Assembly: GCA_900088475.1 (NCBI GenBank)
Contig: FLMG01001070.1
Location: 90,276-154,275 of the forward strand
From: Hyphochytrium catenoides
Taxonomy: Eukaryota; Protista; Hyphochytriomycota
Length of the DNA stretch: 64,000 nt
Direction: 5' to 3'
Under the pieces are notes generated by a model that was not told the DNA's origin, did not search any database, and was given only the letters and a program-made list of their open reading frames with translations. Each line of letters starts with the position of its first letter. Positions within the stretch are counted from its first letter, which is position 1. Made by a program: the position numbers and the translations under genes. Below, piece by piece: positions 11,541 to 24,377 of the stretch.

Positions 11541-14500
11541 ATGTGGTCTATCTCAAGAGGCCTTCGGTCCACATCAGTAAACCGTGCTTTAAGGGTAGAA
11601 GGCCGACTGCGTGCCCATGATAGAGGATACCGCTCCATAGCTCCCAGCATCAAGTACTATCTACCTCACACCGAAAAGCGTGGCCCAGAACGAGAGGCCT
11701 CCATCCTTCAGCGGAAGCCTGGAGACATTGTACATGGATTTGAGGTTCTAGGCTTAACGCCTGTTCCAGAGTACAAACTTCAGGTGGTTCAACTAAAGCA
11801 CAAAGCCACAGGAGCCGACTACGTCCATGTGGATGCAAATGACCTGAACAACGCCTTCAGGTAGACAAGCGACCTTTCTCTTTTATATTCCTCCTCCTCG
11901 TACTGCACATTCGGTTTGCCATCTCCGGCCCTTCCTTTATCGTGTCATATTGATCCTGATGCCATTCTTGGCTAAGTGGGCTTAGGATCTTTCGTCTGGC
12001 GCGTCTTTTTGCTGTACATGTCCAACCTATGTCTCTGCCCTCTCTGTCTCCTCCTTCTTCAATCATAGTTCCAACCTAGCTTCTTGCTGACCCTCGCTCG
12101 TTTGACTCCTTCTGCCGTCTGTTCTGCTTCCATCGCCCTACCATGGACCCATCTTGCAGCATTATCTTCAAGACGCCGCCAAGCGACTCCACAGGGGTGC
12201 CGCACATCCTAGAGCACTCTGTCCTGTGCGGGTCAAGGACCTTCCCTACACGGGATCCGTTCTTCAACATGCTGAAGCGGAGCTTGAACACCTTCATGAA
12301 CGCAATGACCGCCAGCGACCACACGATGTACCCGTTTGCCACCACAAACGAGACAGACTTTGCCAACCTGATGGCCGTGTACCTTGATGCTGTCTTCTTT
12401 CCTAACCTTCGAGAGCTGGATTTTAAGCAAGAAGGACATCGATTAGAGCTTTCAGATCCTCAAGATCTGGCATCATCCCTGGTTACTAAGGTGAGAGAAG
12501 AAATGAAGAGTAATGAAGCGAATAGAGGCTTGTGGAAAGAGACATAAGCGATAAACTGCAGAAACACTTTGGCTGTCGGGAATCATCAGATACACCTCTG
12601 ATGTCTCTCCTCTTATCGTGCGTTCTTCTTCCTCAAGTCTATTCGTCGCTTGCTTCTTACGTATGAATCTTCACTCTGTTCATCAGCCGTGTTTTCTGGT
12701 CCCAATAAGCGTTATCTCTGCCTCTCGTCCGTTGCCCTGTCTCAGGCTCCTCTTCCACGACCTTAGTTTACCGGTGTAGCTGTCTAAACTCCTCTCAAAC
12801 CCTTAGGGCGTCGTATATAATGAAATGAAGGGAACGATGTCCGACGTGAATCAGCTCTTTGCAACTCGGCTTCAGCAACTTGTCTACCCAGAAGGAGTGT
12901 ATAGGTAACGTTGTTATCTGCCGCCGTTTTCTCCTCCTCTCCTGCACATTTCGTTGGGCTGCATTGTCTCTTGAGGCTCTGTTCGGCGCCATCTCTTGAG
13001 CCTCGGATTCCGACTCTATAGGTCTTCTAGAGGTTCCTTTGTTTACCATGAAATAACTTGTTCGCCTTCCCGCGCTTCTCATATGTCCCACTCTCTCGGC
13101 AGCCACGATAGCGGCGGTGACCCTGTGGAGATCCCTAAGCTAACTTGGGATGGCTTACGTGCCTTTCATAAAAAGTTCTATCATCCCTCAAACTGCCTGT
13201 TCTACTCTTATGGCGACCTCCCTGTTGAGCGCCATTTGCAATATTTGGATGCAGATGTTCTCTCCCATTTTCACTTTGACGAGGCGTCACGGGCTGTTAC
13301 TGTTGATCCAGGCCCAGGTTTGAAGCAAGCCGTCAGGTAGAGACTAACTCCGTCCAATTTCATCTGGCAAAAGGTTTGCAAGTCCTTCGGTTGCCATTTG
13401 CTGTCTTCTCTGTGGATTGTTTTCTAAATCCAAACTTTAAAGTGGAGACTTTCCTGCAAGAGTCTCATACCATTTCTCCATCAAAGAGCTGTAGAGCGAG
13501 GTCCCCCTGATATGATGAGTGAAGAGGTGGAGCGCCAGGTCCGCGTCTGTCAGGCCAGAGCCCTGGAAACCTTAGCGCCATCTGCCTATGATCCCTATGA
13601 AAGCCTGGTGGTGCGGTTAATCTCTGTGCTTCTACTAAATGGACCCGCGGCGCCTCTATACAAGGCTCTAATTGAGTCGGGGCTCGCTACGGACTACTCA
13701 CCAGGCACCGGGCTGGATGGTTCGACTCTAATCCCTTCGTTTGGAGTTGGTGTTCAGGGAACCACCGAGGACGTTGTAGATAAGGTATGCTAAGCCAAAG
13801 AGCACAGACGTCTATGCCACTAGGAAGAAAATAGAAGCTAAGCTGCGCCTTTGCTGCAGATTCTAGAGACAATCCAGGAGACTTTCCAGGCAGTCGTGCA
13901 TGCGGGTTTTGACCGGGATCGCGTGGAGTCCATCCTGCATCAGGTCCGTGTTTAGTCCTTCCCTTCCCTTGTGCCATATTAAGCCTCTCCGCAACTCGCC
14001 GAGCACGTAGACGCAGGGCTTTTCTAATTGATACACTCACACATTCCATTCGGGGCGGAGGCCTCGATTGGATGAAAATGTCTACAAGAGCTAACCGGGT
14101 TTGTTTCTCCCTTTCCGATGGCCACGACAGATTGAACTGGGACAGAAGCATCTAAAATCTGACTTCGGCATCTCTACAATGTACGGAGTGGCCGCCCAGT
14201 GGACGTATGGCCGCGACATTCTGGATGCGGTTATGGCGGAGAAGTATATCTCTAGGCTCACTGAGGACGTAAAGGACCCCGAGTTCTTGAAGAATAAGTT
14301 CAGGGACCACTTTCTGAACTCCACATCGCCATCGGCAACCCTCATCATGAAACCAGATCCTGACTTCGTCAGCAAAGCGGAAGAGGAAGAACAAAGACGG
14401 ATGGAGGAGAAGAAGAGGATGTTGACGGAGGAAGACTTGAGAAGGCTAGTAGAGGATGCCAAGAAACTGGCAGCTGAGCAGGATAAGAAGTCCGATACAA

Positions 14501-16899
14501 CCTGTCTCCCTTCTCTTTCTATGACAGACATATCTCCCAACGCCATCTCTCCAACTGTACTGAAAGATAAACTCTATGTCGGAGAGGGCGAGAGAGGAAG
14601 GACCAACATTCCCATTCAATGGGTGCCCTTCAACACCAATGGCGTAGTCTACATGCGCTTTACGGTGGATGCCAGTGCAGTACCCAATGAGCTCAAGCAG
14701 TACCTTCCCCTCTTTTCTACCTTTTTAACCCAGTTGGGGGCAGGAACGATGAACCATGCGGAATTCTCTACTCATCTTAGCAGATATACTGGAGGCATAA
14801 GCACCTCCTCTCTCATAGAACCAAACTTGCATGATGCCTCACAGTGCTCGGAGTACTTTTATTGGTCAACATACTGTTTGGAGAGGTATAAGTGCTATGC
14901 CAGCCATTGTGGACTTTCCCTGTCGCGTATCTCCTCACTTCCTTGTCATCGCTATTTTCAACTTTGGCATTGGAGGGCGCAAATGGCCTGCGTAGATTCT
15001 TTCGTCTTCGTGCTTTAAAGAGTTCTCCACTTCTCCTTCACGCATATTACGTATAAGCATACACTCGAAACGTGTCGCGCAGGAGCTCAAGCTCTTTCAC
15101 TGCTTCCACAGGAATGTCCCTGCTGCCTTTGATATTTTGACGAAGCTGTTCCTTGAGCCCAGATGGGATAACAAGGAGCACATGTTCAATCATTTGCTGC
15201 AGCTAGCAGCAGCTGCAAGCGAATCCATAGCCCAACATGGTAGGAAGCGATTGTCTGAGGCTTTTAACACCTTGCTGTATCCTCATGGCTTACACTAGTT
15301 TTTCTTCACTTGATGTCAATGACACTTCAGTTGGACTGTCCCTCCTCTTTGACAAGTCAGTGTTTCACTCTTCGTGCTGTGTTATTGCTTCAAGGCCTCG
15401 TCCCTGGCTTGTCAACTTGTTTCCGATTTTGAGTTGATGAAGGTGAGGTCCTTGCCATGGAAAGTCGACGTGACGTCTCATTGTACCTCTGCCCTCTACA
15501 CTATCTATTGCATTGTTTGCAGGGAGTGGCTATGCGCGAAGAATGGCGACGGCAATGATCTCGCGGGTACACTCTCTAAAAAACGAACAAGCTGGGCTGC
15601 CTTTTGTCGAGTTTCTGCAAAGAGAAGCGGAGAAAGCAGGCTATGAGTCCCCGAATGACGGGGCCCTTGAGGAAATGGGGAGGAAGATGAGAGAGATTGG
15701 GCGACTTCTTCTGACCAGAGACACTCTTAGGGCCTCAATCGTCTGTGAGGAGAAGCAGAGACCAGGCATAGAAAGTGGACTGCGGTCTTTCATTTCTTCT
15801 CTTCCATCACGCCCTCATGCCGAACCAGCTGATCAGAACGAGCCTGCGCACTTCTCTCCTATTTTCAAAAAGAAGTACATACCTGCCCCTTTGCCAGTCA
15901 ATTTTGTAGCGTTGACAGTCCCATCTGCAGCCTATATGGATAATGAACATCCCTATCTTGAGGTGCTGGCGCAGGTGAGCCGATACAGAAAAATTATTAT
16001 TCCGACCCCGGCAAACATCCGGTCTACTTCTGTGGCGTGCTGTCCTTTGTTTCCGCGCTCTCTACCTTTGGTTTCTGAATGACGTCCTCTGCCACCACGT
16101 TCTCCCCAATGCGGTCTTTGGCCTAACAATTCTAATGTGTTGAACCCACTCTGTCACAGCTAATTGGCTCTTGCTACCTGCATCGAGAGGTTAGAGAGAA
16201 AGGGGGTGCATATGGCGTGGGTGCCGATCAGGTAGGCGACACTTGTCAAGTCTTTCGGTTCTGAATGGCAATCAGCGACTCCATCTTGTGCGCCCACATT
16301 TGGTCTCCATGCCCTTCATAGATGAGCCACCGCGCTAACTAAGCTATTTTACTGATGGGTTCATACAGAGCGACGGCGTCTTTACCATGAGCTCTTTCTA
16401 CGATCCTCATGTGGTAGAGACGCTGGAGGCCTACCAAAGATCTTTAAGCTGGGCTGCAAACGGCTCGTTCTCCGACAGAGATGTGGAGGAGGCTCTTCTC
16501 CCGATCTTTGGGGAGCTTGATGCCCCGCACTCTCCGTCATCAAAGGGATATCCTGAGTTCGTCTATGGTATGACACATGAGATCAGGCAGAATCGAAGGA
16601 ACGTATTGCTAGGTACAACCAAAGACAAGCTTGTTAGGACTGCTGAAAGGTAAGTAGCTGGGGGAGTAGCTGCTGACTCAAAAGCACGAGGGATGATGGA
16701 GCCAAGTAGGTGTTGGGGTTTGACCAGCGCAATCGGCGGCATTGAAATCGAGCGAGCTGACAACTTTATTTTTATCACTGTTGCTTGCAGCTTGCTGGAG
16801 CGAAGCAAAAATCAAGCAGTGGCAGTTCTAGGCCAGGCAGAGGCCATACAATCTAAAGAGAGCCCCTACCAAGACTGGGATGTCTCAGCCAACTCTTAA
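11541..16899 (+). CDS. PITRM1: Mitochondrial presequence protease (pitrilysin-like M16C metallopeptidase, PreP/Cym1)
   Basis: Inverted zinc motif in [17 protein letters not shown], plus [40 protein letters not shown] and [13 protein letters not shown]. Arg-rich presequence [18 protein letters not shown]. About 12 GT-AG exons. Confidence 0.95.
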
Positions 16900-17519
16900 T
16901 AAGGAGTAGCGGAGTAAGATACATAACACACAGGCACACAGGGCTCTCTGGTTGCGACCATGGCAACGAAATGCAAATAGGCAGACTACATTGTGTCGTT
17001 ATGGGTTTCAAAGCTGCAGTCGCACATAGGACAGCTATTTATCGGTGTACCTGGCTACAGCTCGGGACCAAGATCCTCTTACGTTACTCGGAGATCTTAG
17101 GGTTCCGTGCATGGGCCTTGGAATGCAAGGAAGGGGAAGCGTGAGATTTCGAAAAGAGGCAAGGACCGCCATAGCTCCCGCTGCGCGTCGTTAGGCCACC
17201 GCTTGGGTGGTTGAAGGTTAAGATAGGTATCACGGGACTGATCATCAATTTTAGGGAATAGATTGGCACGCTGATATAGTCATAGACAAGCCTCTGCTCG
17301 GCCCATTCTTATGCTGCCTAAGTTCAACTCAAAACCCCTAGCTTGCATTGACTCCACTTGTCGTGAAGTTCTATACCCCAGTGCTTCTATCCTGCTCCTA
17401 ACTGCAAGAAAGACTAAAGGACATAGACGAACATATAGCTGAGCGATACTCATAGCTCCCTTACCTCTCTATTCTTTTCAGGAGCTCTCTGCACTATATT
17501 TGAGCCAGAGAAACCGTGA

Positions 17520-18644
17520 TCACTTTTGCGCGGCTAGAGTATTGGCGTACTTTGTTAGGTCATGGTCATCTACATTCCCTGAGAAGGAGAAAGATGGGAA
17601 GTTCTCTTCTTCTCTGACCACCTGGCCGCCGGTTAGATGGATCGACAGTCCCCAATGGATGAAGGGGTTTGTAGGAACGCTAGGGACCAAGTCTCTTTCG
17701 TTGACAAGCCGGAACTTGGTCGTTATGTTCCTGACATTGAGCCACTCGCGCGGTCTCGCTGACCCTTTAGAGAGGTGTCGCGGCTCACCAAAGGTGTAGA
17801 TTGTAAGATAAGGGTTCCTCCCATTGCTCTGATCTCTGATGCGAGATAGGTCGTAGACCTTTTCTTCGGCGTCATTTAGGTCCAACGTCTCATCTAAGAC
17901 AAATTGCACAGCCATCAAAGAGGCCAACGCAGCCCCTCTAGAGTGGCCAGTAAGGATGAGAGACCGTGAAGGAGAGGAGAGACAATCTCTAACGTCGTTA
18001 AGAAAAGGCGTGCTAGCCGAGCCGGAAAATCGGAAGTTATCGTAGGCGAGTTTGAAGCCTCTATGGCTGTACATCATGATATCGCCCTGTCCTTTGTTCT
18101 TCCTGAAGTCCGCCCAGGATGGGTTAAGGTTGCCATCTACTCCGACCCAGTTAGAATTGGTGGAGCCACGAAACGCGACGTAGCAGGCGGTGGAAGAGAT
18201 ACCAAGGAGTGCATAGTCTGATGCGACGGAGTAGCCTTTGTAGGAAGTGATGCCGAGGTCTGTGAGGTTCAGAGAAGCTCCTGACGAGGCTTGAGAGGCA
18301 CGTTGGGAGAGGACGGCTAACTTGGAGGCTAAAGCTCCGTCATAGGATTGCAACAGCTCTTCGCTCTTCAGTGGCTCAGCAAAGAAACTGATACCAGCAG
18401 TCTCATCGTCGAATTGCTGTCTCTCCTCCTCAGTTAGCAAGTCATCGTCGTGAAGCTGGACATCCTGAGCGTCACCCATAATGCCTTGTGGAACGCGCAA
18501 AAGGATAGCGGTAGACTGCAGGATCCGACCGTCAGCGGGCACCCCTCTGAGCACCTCCTGCTTTGCTGCATCGCTATTAAGCTGCCAGGCTCCCACCAGA
18601 AGGCCGAAAAGGCAGAGATTGTACCGTGGAGCTCGGAACCTCAT
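17520..18644 (-). CDS. Secreted class-3 lipase (alpha/beta hydrolase), intronless
   Basis: 374-aa ORF with VAFRGS, HRGF, nucleophile elbow LTGHSRGAALA, YTFGEPR, DLVPSVP and a C-terminal His (DHDL). Signal-peptide-like N-terminus. Confidence 0.88.
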   Translation of the reverse strand: MRFRAPRYNLCLFGLLVGAWQLNSDAAKQEVLRGVPADGRILQSTAILLRVPQGIMGDAQDVQLHDDDLLTEEERQQFDDETAGISFFAEPLKSEELLQSYDGALASKLAVLSQRASQASSGASLNLTDLGITSYKGYSVASDYALLGISSTACYVAFRGSTNSNWVGVDGNLNPSWADFRKNKGQGDIMMYSHRGFKLAYDNFRFSGSASTPFLNDVRDCLSSPSRSLILTGHSRGAALASLMAVQFVLDETLDLNDAEEKVYDLSRIRDQSNGRNPYLTIYTFGEPRHLSKGSARPREWLNVRNITTKFRLVNERDLVPSVPTNPFIHWGLSIHLTGGQVVREEENFPSFSFSGNVDDHDLTKYANTLAAQK

Positions 18645-20520
18645 AATTCGGAAGACGTTTGAACCAAGGGCAGAGCTGCTAATCTTCCGATGGTGTCCGT
18701 GAAGAAAGTAAGTGAGGACAAGACTTAGAGGCGGCGTTTAGCAGGGAGGCTTAAAAGGGCTTGTGCCCTGATCGGCTAAAGAGAAAGTGTGTCTCTGTCC
18801 GCTTTCAAGAGTAAGGAAACACATGCAAGGAGGAGGATATGAAGGTGACAAGGACAGTTGCATAGTATAGCACGAGAAGAAAGTAGTAGCGAGGAAAGGT
18901 GACCAAAAGAGAGTCTAGGCAGTGTGAGTCTGGATCCTGAAGTTGTCGGTGCCTTTGCCTCCTTCTCCTTCAGGCTAATGAAGTTTGACTGCTGCAGCTC
19001 CAACGGTAACTTGAAGTTCAGACGACCAAGGCCAGTAACCATCGAGGATTTAAGAAGGATTAAGCTCACAGTCTTTGAGGCTTGACGAGCAAGTAGCAGC
19101 CAACAACGATGGCGCGCTGAGTGAGCACCTATAACATGTAAGTGGCCTAATGCCATGTAGATGTAACAGCTCTTTCTCCTTGGTCCGTCTCTGCTTTCCA
19201 ATCCTCCGGAGGACGTGAGGAGGCCAAAAGAGATGCAAGTAAGATGGTCACAAGGCGAAACGGAAGTGAAACAAGTTGACACCGAGGAAAGCGCTAGTAG
19301 GAGACGATGACGTCTGTGAGAGCTGACACACTTTGGGGAGAAGAAGAAGCAACAACTAACGTGAAGAGATGATATAAGAAGCCCCACGCCAGAAACGGCA
19401 TTGAGGATTGAACGGTTCAGAACTAGAACACGAGGACTAAACGAAAAGGCAGAAGGCGGAGAGAAAACCGAAGAGAGAGAAAGCGGAAGAGAGAGGAGAA
19501 TGGAAGACGGAGACCAGACGAGGAGGGCTGATAACGATGCCACGTATCTCATTTTAGTACGACAGAAAACTTTTAGAGAAGGGGTCAAAGAGGCAAGCGC
19601 CACAAGCTCTCTGGCAAGGAGACTCGATAAGAAACTACCCATGCCAGAGTAGCATCAAGAACAGCCACGGACATATGCCATAAAGCCGTTGGAGAGGAAG
19701 GCCTTCGTGCTTGTGGTGAAAGCGCACGGTAGCAAGCGAAGGACAGAATGCACGGACAGAAGAAAGGGGATGCAAGACCAGTTCAGGAAAGCTTGGGCCG
19801 TTTCTTCTTTCCATTCTTTATAACCAAAAATTCCATGACCATCATCTTCTCCTTGGCACACTTGCCTGCCAACGGTCGGATCCAACGGACCTGCTGGAGA
19901 AACTGAGGGCTGAGCAGAAGCTAGGAGGAGGAGGAGAAACAGTTTTACGAGGAGTAGACTATGGACAAGGACTAGAATTGGTCACCAAGAGAGCGAGACA
20001 GAACAACAGCTCGATAGGGGGATCCAAGGACGATCAAACACAGTGCGGAGTGGTGCCCCGTTCTGGCTACTTTTCATCTCTCTTTGTTCAACAAGAGCTT
20101 GTGGGGTTAGTAGAAGGCAGGGGGAGGTAGGGTTGACTTATCATAGGAGAAGAGAGGCAACCGCTTCTAGCTTCGCTTTCCTTATTAGAAGAGTAGTTTA
20201 GAAGGGCCAGCCTAGGTTTATAGATACTTCTGGGAGCCAAGGCACTCTTGTCCGTTCTGAAAGTAGTTTCAAAGAAAGCAAGGAGAACGAGCATTCTCAG
20301 TGTTGAAGAAGTGAGTCATAGGATAGGTCAGCTATCCGGTTGAGTGAGTTCAGTCTTCCTGTTGAACTTCAGCTCCTCTTCGAGAACTTATTTCTAGACA
20401 ATAGACCCACTTGGCAGGGGACTGGGGACTACATTCCAACGGCAACAACGTCAGGGAAACTACGCCCGCCGCCTAAGGAAACGCGAAACGCGTAATCGTC
20501 GGTTGAGACCTAGAACACTG

Positions 20521-22806
20521 TCAGACTCCCTAGTTTGCAGCAGAGTGTATGCCACTTGGTCCATTCTTGTTGTTCTTCAACCTTCTAAATCCTTCTGCTA
20601 GCGTAGTTCTACCTATCCTCTCCTACTCTAATATAAGGACATTGTGGACGGGTGTTCTAGCGTGCGGTACAGCCATCAACAAATCATTATTGATCATTGC
20701 TCCCTTGGTCTTGCGACCTTGCAAGACCGCTGCACGTGGCTCCGTGTCATCTTAGACGGATCCGTTACCTTCCGCCAGTTGAACCTCAAAGACAGGAACG
20801 GCGATTGTTCTGCCTACTTCTTAGTCCTCAACTTGCCCTTCTGCTTAGCGTAGTAGCCCAGAACTTCTCGTTTGGGGAATAAGCGTCACATAGAGAAACA
20901 GTGTACATGTAAAACAGTAGTTGTAGAGAGTCGTGAGCTAGGGGAGATATTATGCTGAAGATCCTTTCGGCCGGACTGTTCATTTGTCATTCCTTGCTTC
21001 AAGCTTCAAGACTCCAGACTTTGGATCCCGACTAACTAAAGACTAGATAAATGGCATGGTGGATCATAAAAGGACACTGTCAGGAAGCCGCGGGAGCTGT
21101 GCAGCAGTGCGGAAGTCAAGGGCAAAAGGAAGAGTGAAAGGGAGCAGCGAGAGCTGTTGCTATGGCGTTACTAGGAGTGTTTAGGAGAGACGGAAAGAGT
21201 TATCGAGACACAGCCCTGAGTTGATGAATGTGACCAAGGCCTGACGGCGCGTGCGTAAGAGTGAATAATAAGGGGAAGAGACCCTGTGCTCAGTGGCAGC
21301 AAGGTCAGTACGCTCAATAGAGTCTTTAGGTACAAGCGCTTTCTCCTTGTAGAGCCCAAATGCTGATATTCAAAAGCAGACAAAGATTTTGCGAATCTCG
21401 TCCTCAATCTTCTTAGCTCAAGCAGTATCATAAGCCAACGCTTGTATGGCGGCCAGGAATATGATCAAGATCAGTTGAACGAGCTTCTAGGAAGGGAGTC
21501 CGTGAAGAGAAGAGTGATGCTTCTTGGCCACAGCTCACGGCCTCTCAAAAACCTCGAAATAGGACAATATGGCTGGTACCGCACGACGGAATAGCCCCTT
21601 CGCTTATCTTCGCGAAGCCGAGCGTTACCTATTGCCGGAGAAGGTGAGAAGGGGTAGAAGTGTGGATGAAGGAGCGTTTAGTAGGATCGGTCTGAAGCAT
21701 CAAATAGACTATGACGGTGTGGTTGCGAGTGAGATTAGGTGCCAACATTACATCTATAGCTCACTGCATAGTAAGTCCTTAGAGTTGGCGGCAAAACAGC
21801 CTGACCCGTTCATACGTGGTTTCAGTAAGAGATAGTGAATAGCACTAGGAGCTTCTGCTAAGATACAGTGCATAGTACTTGGGAGGTTCTGGGGGGGAAG
21901 AAGCACATGGTTAAGCGAGGATGTGGAGCAGTCTACTTTGGCGACTTGAGACACATATAGAAAGCCCAATGGTAAGTTTGATGTGGGCACGTCATGATCA
22001 TGAAAGCACTGCAGCCTCTGTACACTAGGTAAAGAGGGGCCTTGCAACTATTGGCCGATTGATATAATAATCACATAACGAGCTACACTCTCAAAAGTAA
22101 AAGACAATCTTCTCGTGACATCGACAGGGTGGTAAAGAGGGACACTGCGACGGGATGAAGGATGAAATTGCCTTTTGTGCCTTATTTCTCATTCTTCTTT
22201 AGTAGTCCTTGTCGTGCAGGTAGGTCAAGAAGCCAGCGGAGGTTAGGGTCCCTCGCTGCTTCTATCGCCGTAACGTCAGGTCCTCCAGCAGAAGATTTCG
22301 AAGAGTATCAGACAGTGCGAGAAGGTTTGCGTGGCTGCTGAGGCGCGCATACGTCCAGGGCATACAAACATCATAAAAAATTATTCCCACCGGTGACCTC
22401 CACAACTTCTCCTCTCTATGACTTTTGACTAGCTTGAAATAGGTAGTCTTTCCTTTGTCCATACGAGTCTTTATGTAGGCTCTTCAGTTCCTTGGCCATC
22501 CCCGTTCGAGAAGTTTTGGACCCTTTCTGCCTCGATGGTCTTCACGGAGAACCTGGGACACACTTATCAGCAGGGCCCACTCTCCAGGAAACGGTTGCAG
22601 ATGTGCCTCAGACGACTCGAAGGTCCACCTCCAATCTCTTTGTTTAGCCAAATACTGAAAAGTCTGAGGGCGTAAAGAGGTCCAGCAAGGCAGCCAGGAA
22701 CTGTCTCTTCACCGGTCACAGGAGCTTTTATAGTTCCCAATAGGTTCGCCCTTATAGTGCCGGCGCAGGAACTGTAGATCAGATAACAGTATGAGACGTG
22801 GGACAA
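20521..22806. pseudogene. Decayed coding-like sequence of unknown origin (pseudogene or mobile-element remnants)
   Basis: Protein-like minus-strand frames at about 20521-20880 and 22070-22462, and plus-strand fragments at about 21330-21835, broken by stops. No family recognised. Confidence 0.35.
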
Positions 22807-22832
22807 TGGGTTATTGACCCCATGTGGTCCTC

Positions 22833-24377
22833 CTATACAGCTGATCCTGACGCTTCCGGGACCTCAGGAGCCCCTTCCGCCTGAAAGCGAGCAAGAGCGT
22901 GCGTTTGCGACTTCGTGGCTTCGTATAGGTCCTTGTACACGGCAAAGAGATAATCATAGGTGCGCTGATTTTTAAGGTTGGGCTCTACTCTACGCTCAGT
23001 CTGGTTCCAGGGGACATCGGGCGAGGCCAGGCCTATGGCACAGGCAGCCATCCAAGCGTCACCCAGTGCGGCTCCAATTGTTCTTTGAGGTACTTCTTGT
23101 ATGCAACCCGTCACGTCTGAGACGATCTGAAGCCACAAGGGGCTCTTCGTACCACCTCCTACCGCCACGTAACGTCTCGAAAAGGACTGCCGTTCGCAGG
23201 TGCTACGAGCTTGCATGCTGGCCACAATGTCTCTAACCCCATAAGCGGTAGCCTCTAAGAGAGCCCGGTAGATGTGTCCTCTGCCATGGTGCAAGGTGAG
23301 GCCGCAGAAAACTCCCCTAGCATTGGGATCAAAAATAGGTGTACGCTCTCCTGCAAAGTAGGGCAGAATCACCAGGCCATCACTTCCCGGCTGTACCTGA
23401 CTTGCGCTCTGGATAAGCTCCTGGTAGTCCACAGAGCCTACCAGGTCCCTGAACCAGCTGGTCAAGGCGCCAGATGTGGACATCCCCGCTGCTGACGTGT
23501 AGCTATCGGGCGCTGTGCCAGCTGTAGTCCACCAAATAGGACTGGGAGTGACTTGATGCAGAACTTCGACAAAGAACATAGTGGTTCCATACATAATCAT
23601 CACATCGCCAGGCTTACAGATACCGACGCTAGCTGCCTCTGCCCAGGCGTCAATCGTCCCTGTTAAGACCGGAATGTTCTCCCGTAACCCAGTCTCTTCA
23701 TTTAATGGACCGCCCACGGTCCGTCCGATGACTTCGGTCGACCAGTGTAAAGGCGGCAAATCAAGGTTAGGGCAGACAACACTAGACCAACTGAATATCC
23801 AGCGGCGGCAATGGATGTCGAACAATGGGTCGCATTGGCTCGCCGAGTGCATGTCCAGCACGTATCTCCCTGTAAGCTTCATTACTAGATAGGAACTGGC
23901 CATATAGAGCCGCTTAGCCCGTTTCCAGACCTCCGGCTCGTGTCGAGATATCCAGAGAAGCTTGGGACCCACTGCCTGAGACGACAACGCGGAGCCACAT
24001 CGATTTAAAATCTCCTCTTGTCCTAACTGACGGTTTAGCTCGTCAATCTCTTTGGCTGCGCGAGTGTCCACGCCATAGAGAATGGCTGGCCGAAGAGGCT
24101 TATTCGCGTCATCTGTTAGGAGGCAACATGGGCCTATACCACTGACGCAGATAGCAGCAATGTTGGCCCCCAGCTCAACCGCCTTGGCGGTAAGATGTTT
24201 GCTTATGGCACAAAAGTCCGCCCACCAGATCTCCTCGGCATCATGTTCTGCCCATCCAACCTGCGGAGATGACACTTGATGCGGCACTTCATGGGTGGCC
24301 AAGATATTCCCTTGCCCGTCAGCCAGAACTCCTTTTGAAGATGAGGTTCCTATGTCAACTCCTAGTACCGCTTGCAT
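22833..24377 (-). CDS. FGGY-family carbohydrate kinase (xylulokinase-like), bacterial type, intronless
   Basis: LGVDIGTSSSKG, GWAEHDAE, SGIGPC, RPAILYGVDTRA, GPKLLW, GTIDAWAEA, LPYFAGERTPIFDP, VGGGTKS and GAALGDA. First ATG at 24377. Confidence 0.93.
   Translation of the reverse strand: MQAVLGVDIGTSSSKGVLADGQGNILATHEVPHQVSSPQVGWAEHDAEEIWWADFCAISKHLTAKAVELGANIAAICVSGIGPCCLLTDDANKPLRPAILYGVDTRAAKEIDELNRQLGQEEILNRCGSALSSQAVGPKLLWISRHEPEVWKRAKRLYMASSYLVMKLTGRYVLDMHSASQCDPLFDIHCRRWIFSWSSVVCPNLDLPPLHWSTEVIGRTVGGPLNEETGLRENIPVLTGTIDAWAEAASVGICKPGDVMIMYGTTMFFVEVLHQVTPSPIWWTTAGTAPDSYTSAAGMSTSGALTSWFRDLVGSVDYQELIQSASQVQPGSDGLVILPYFAGERTPIFDPNARGVFCGLTLHHGRGHIYRALLEATAYGVRDIVASMQARSTCERQSFSRRYVAVGGGTKSPLWLQIVSDVTGCIQEVPQRTIGAALGDAWMAACAIGLASPDVPWNQTERRVEPNLKNQRTYDYLFAVYKDLYEATKSQTHALARFQAEGAPEVPEASGSAV

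Noticed and set aside
13480-13490. AAG 3' splice acceptors (PreP, Sec8, Nup205, ATG101)
   Set aside because: They are still canonical AG acceptors. AAG is a known minor class, and I cannot show enrichment.
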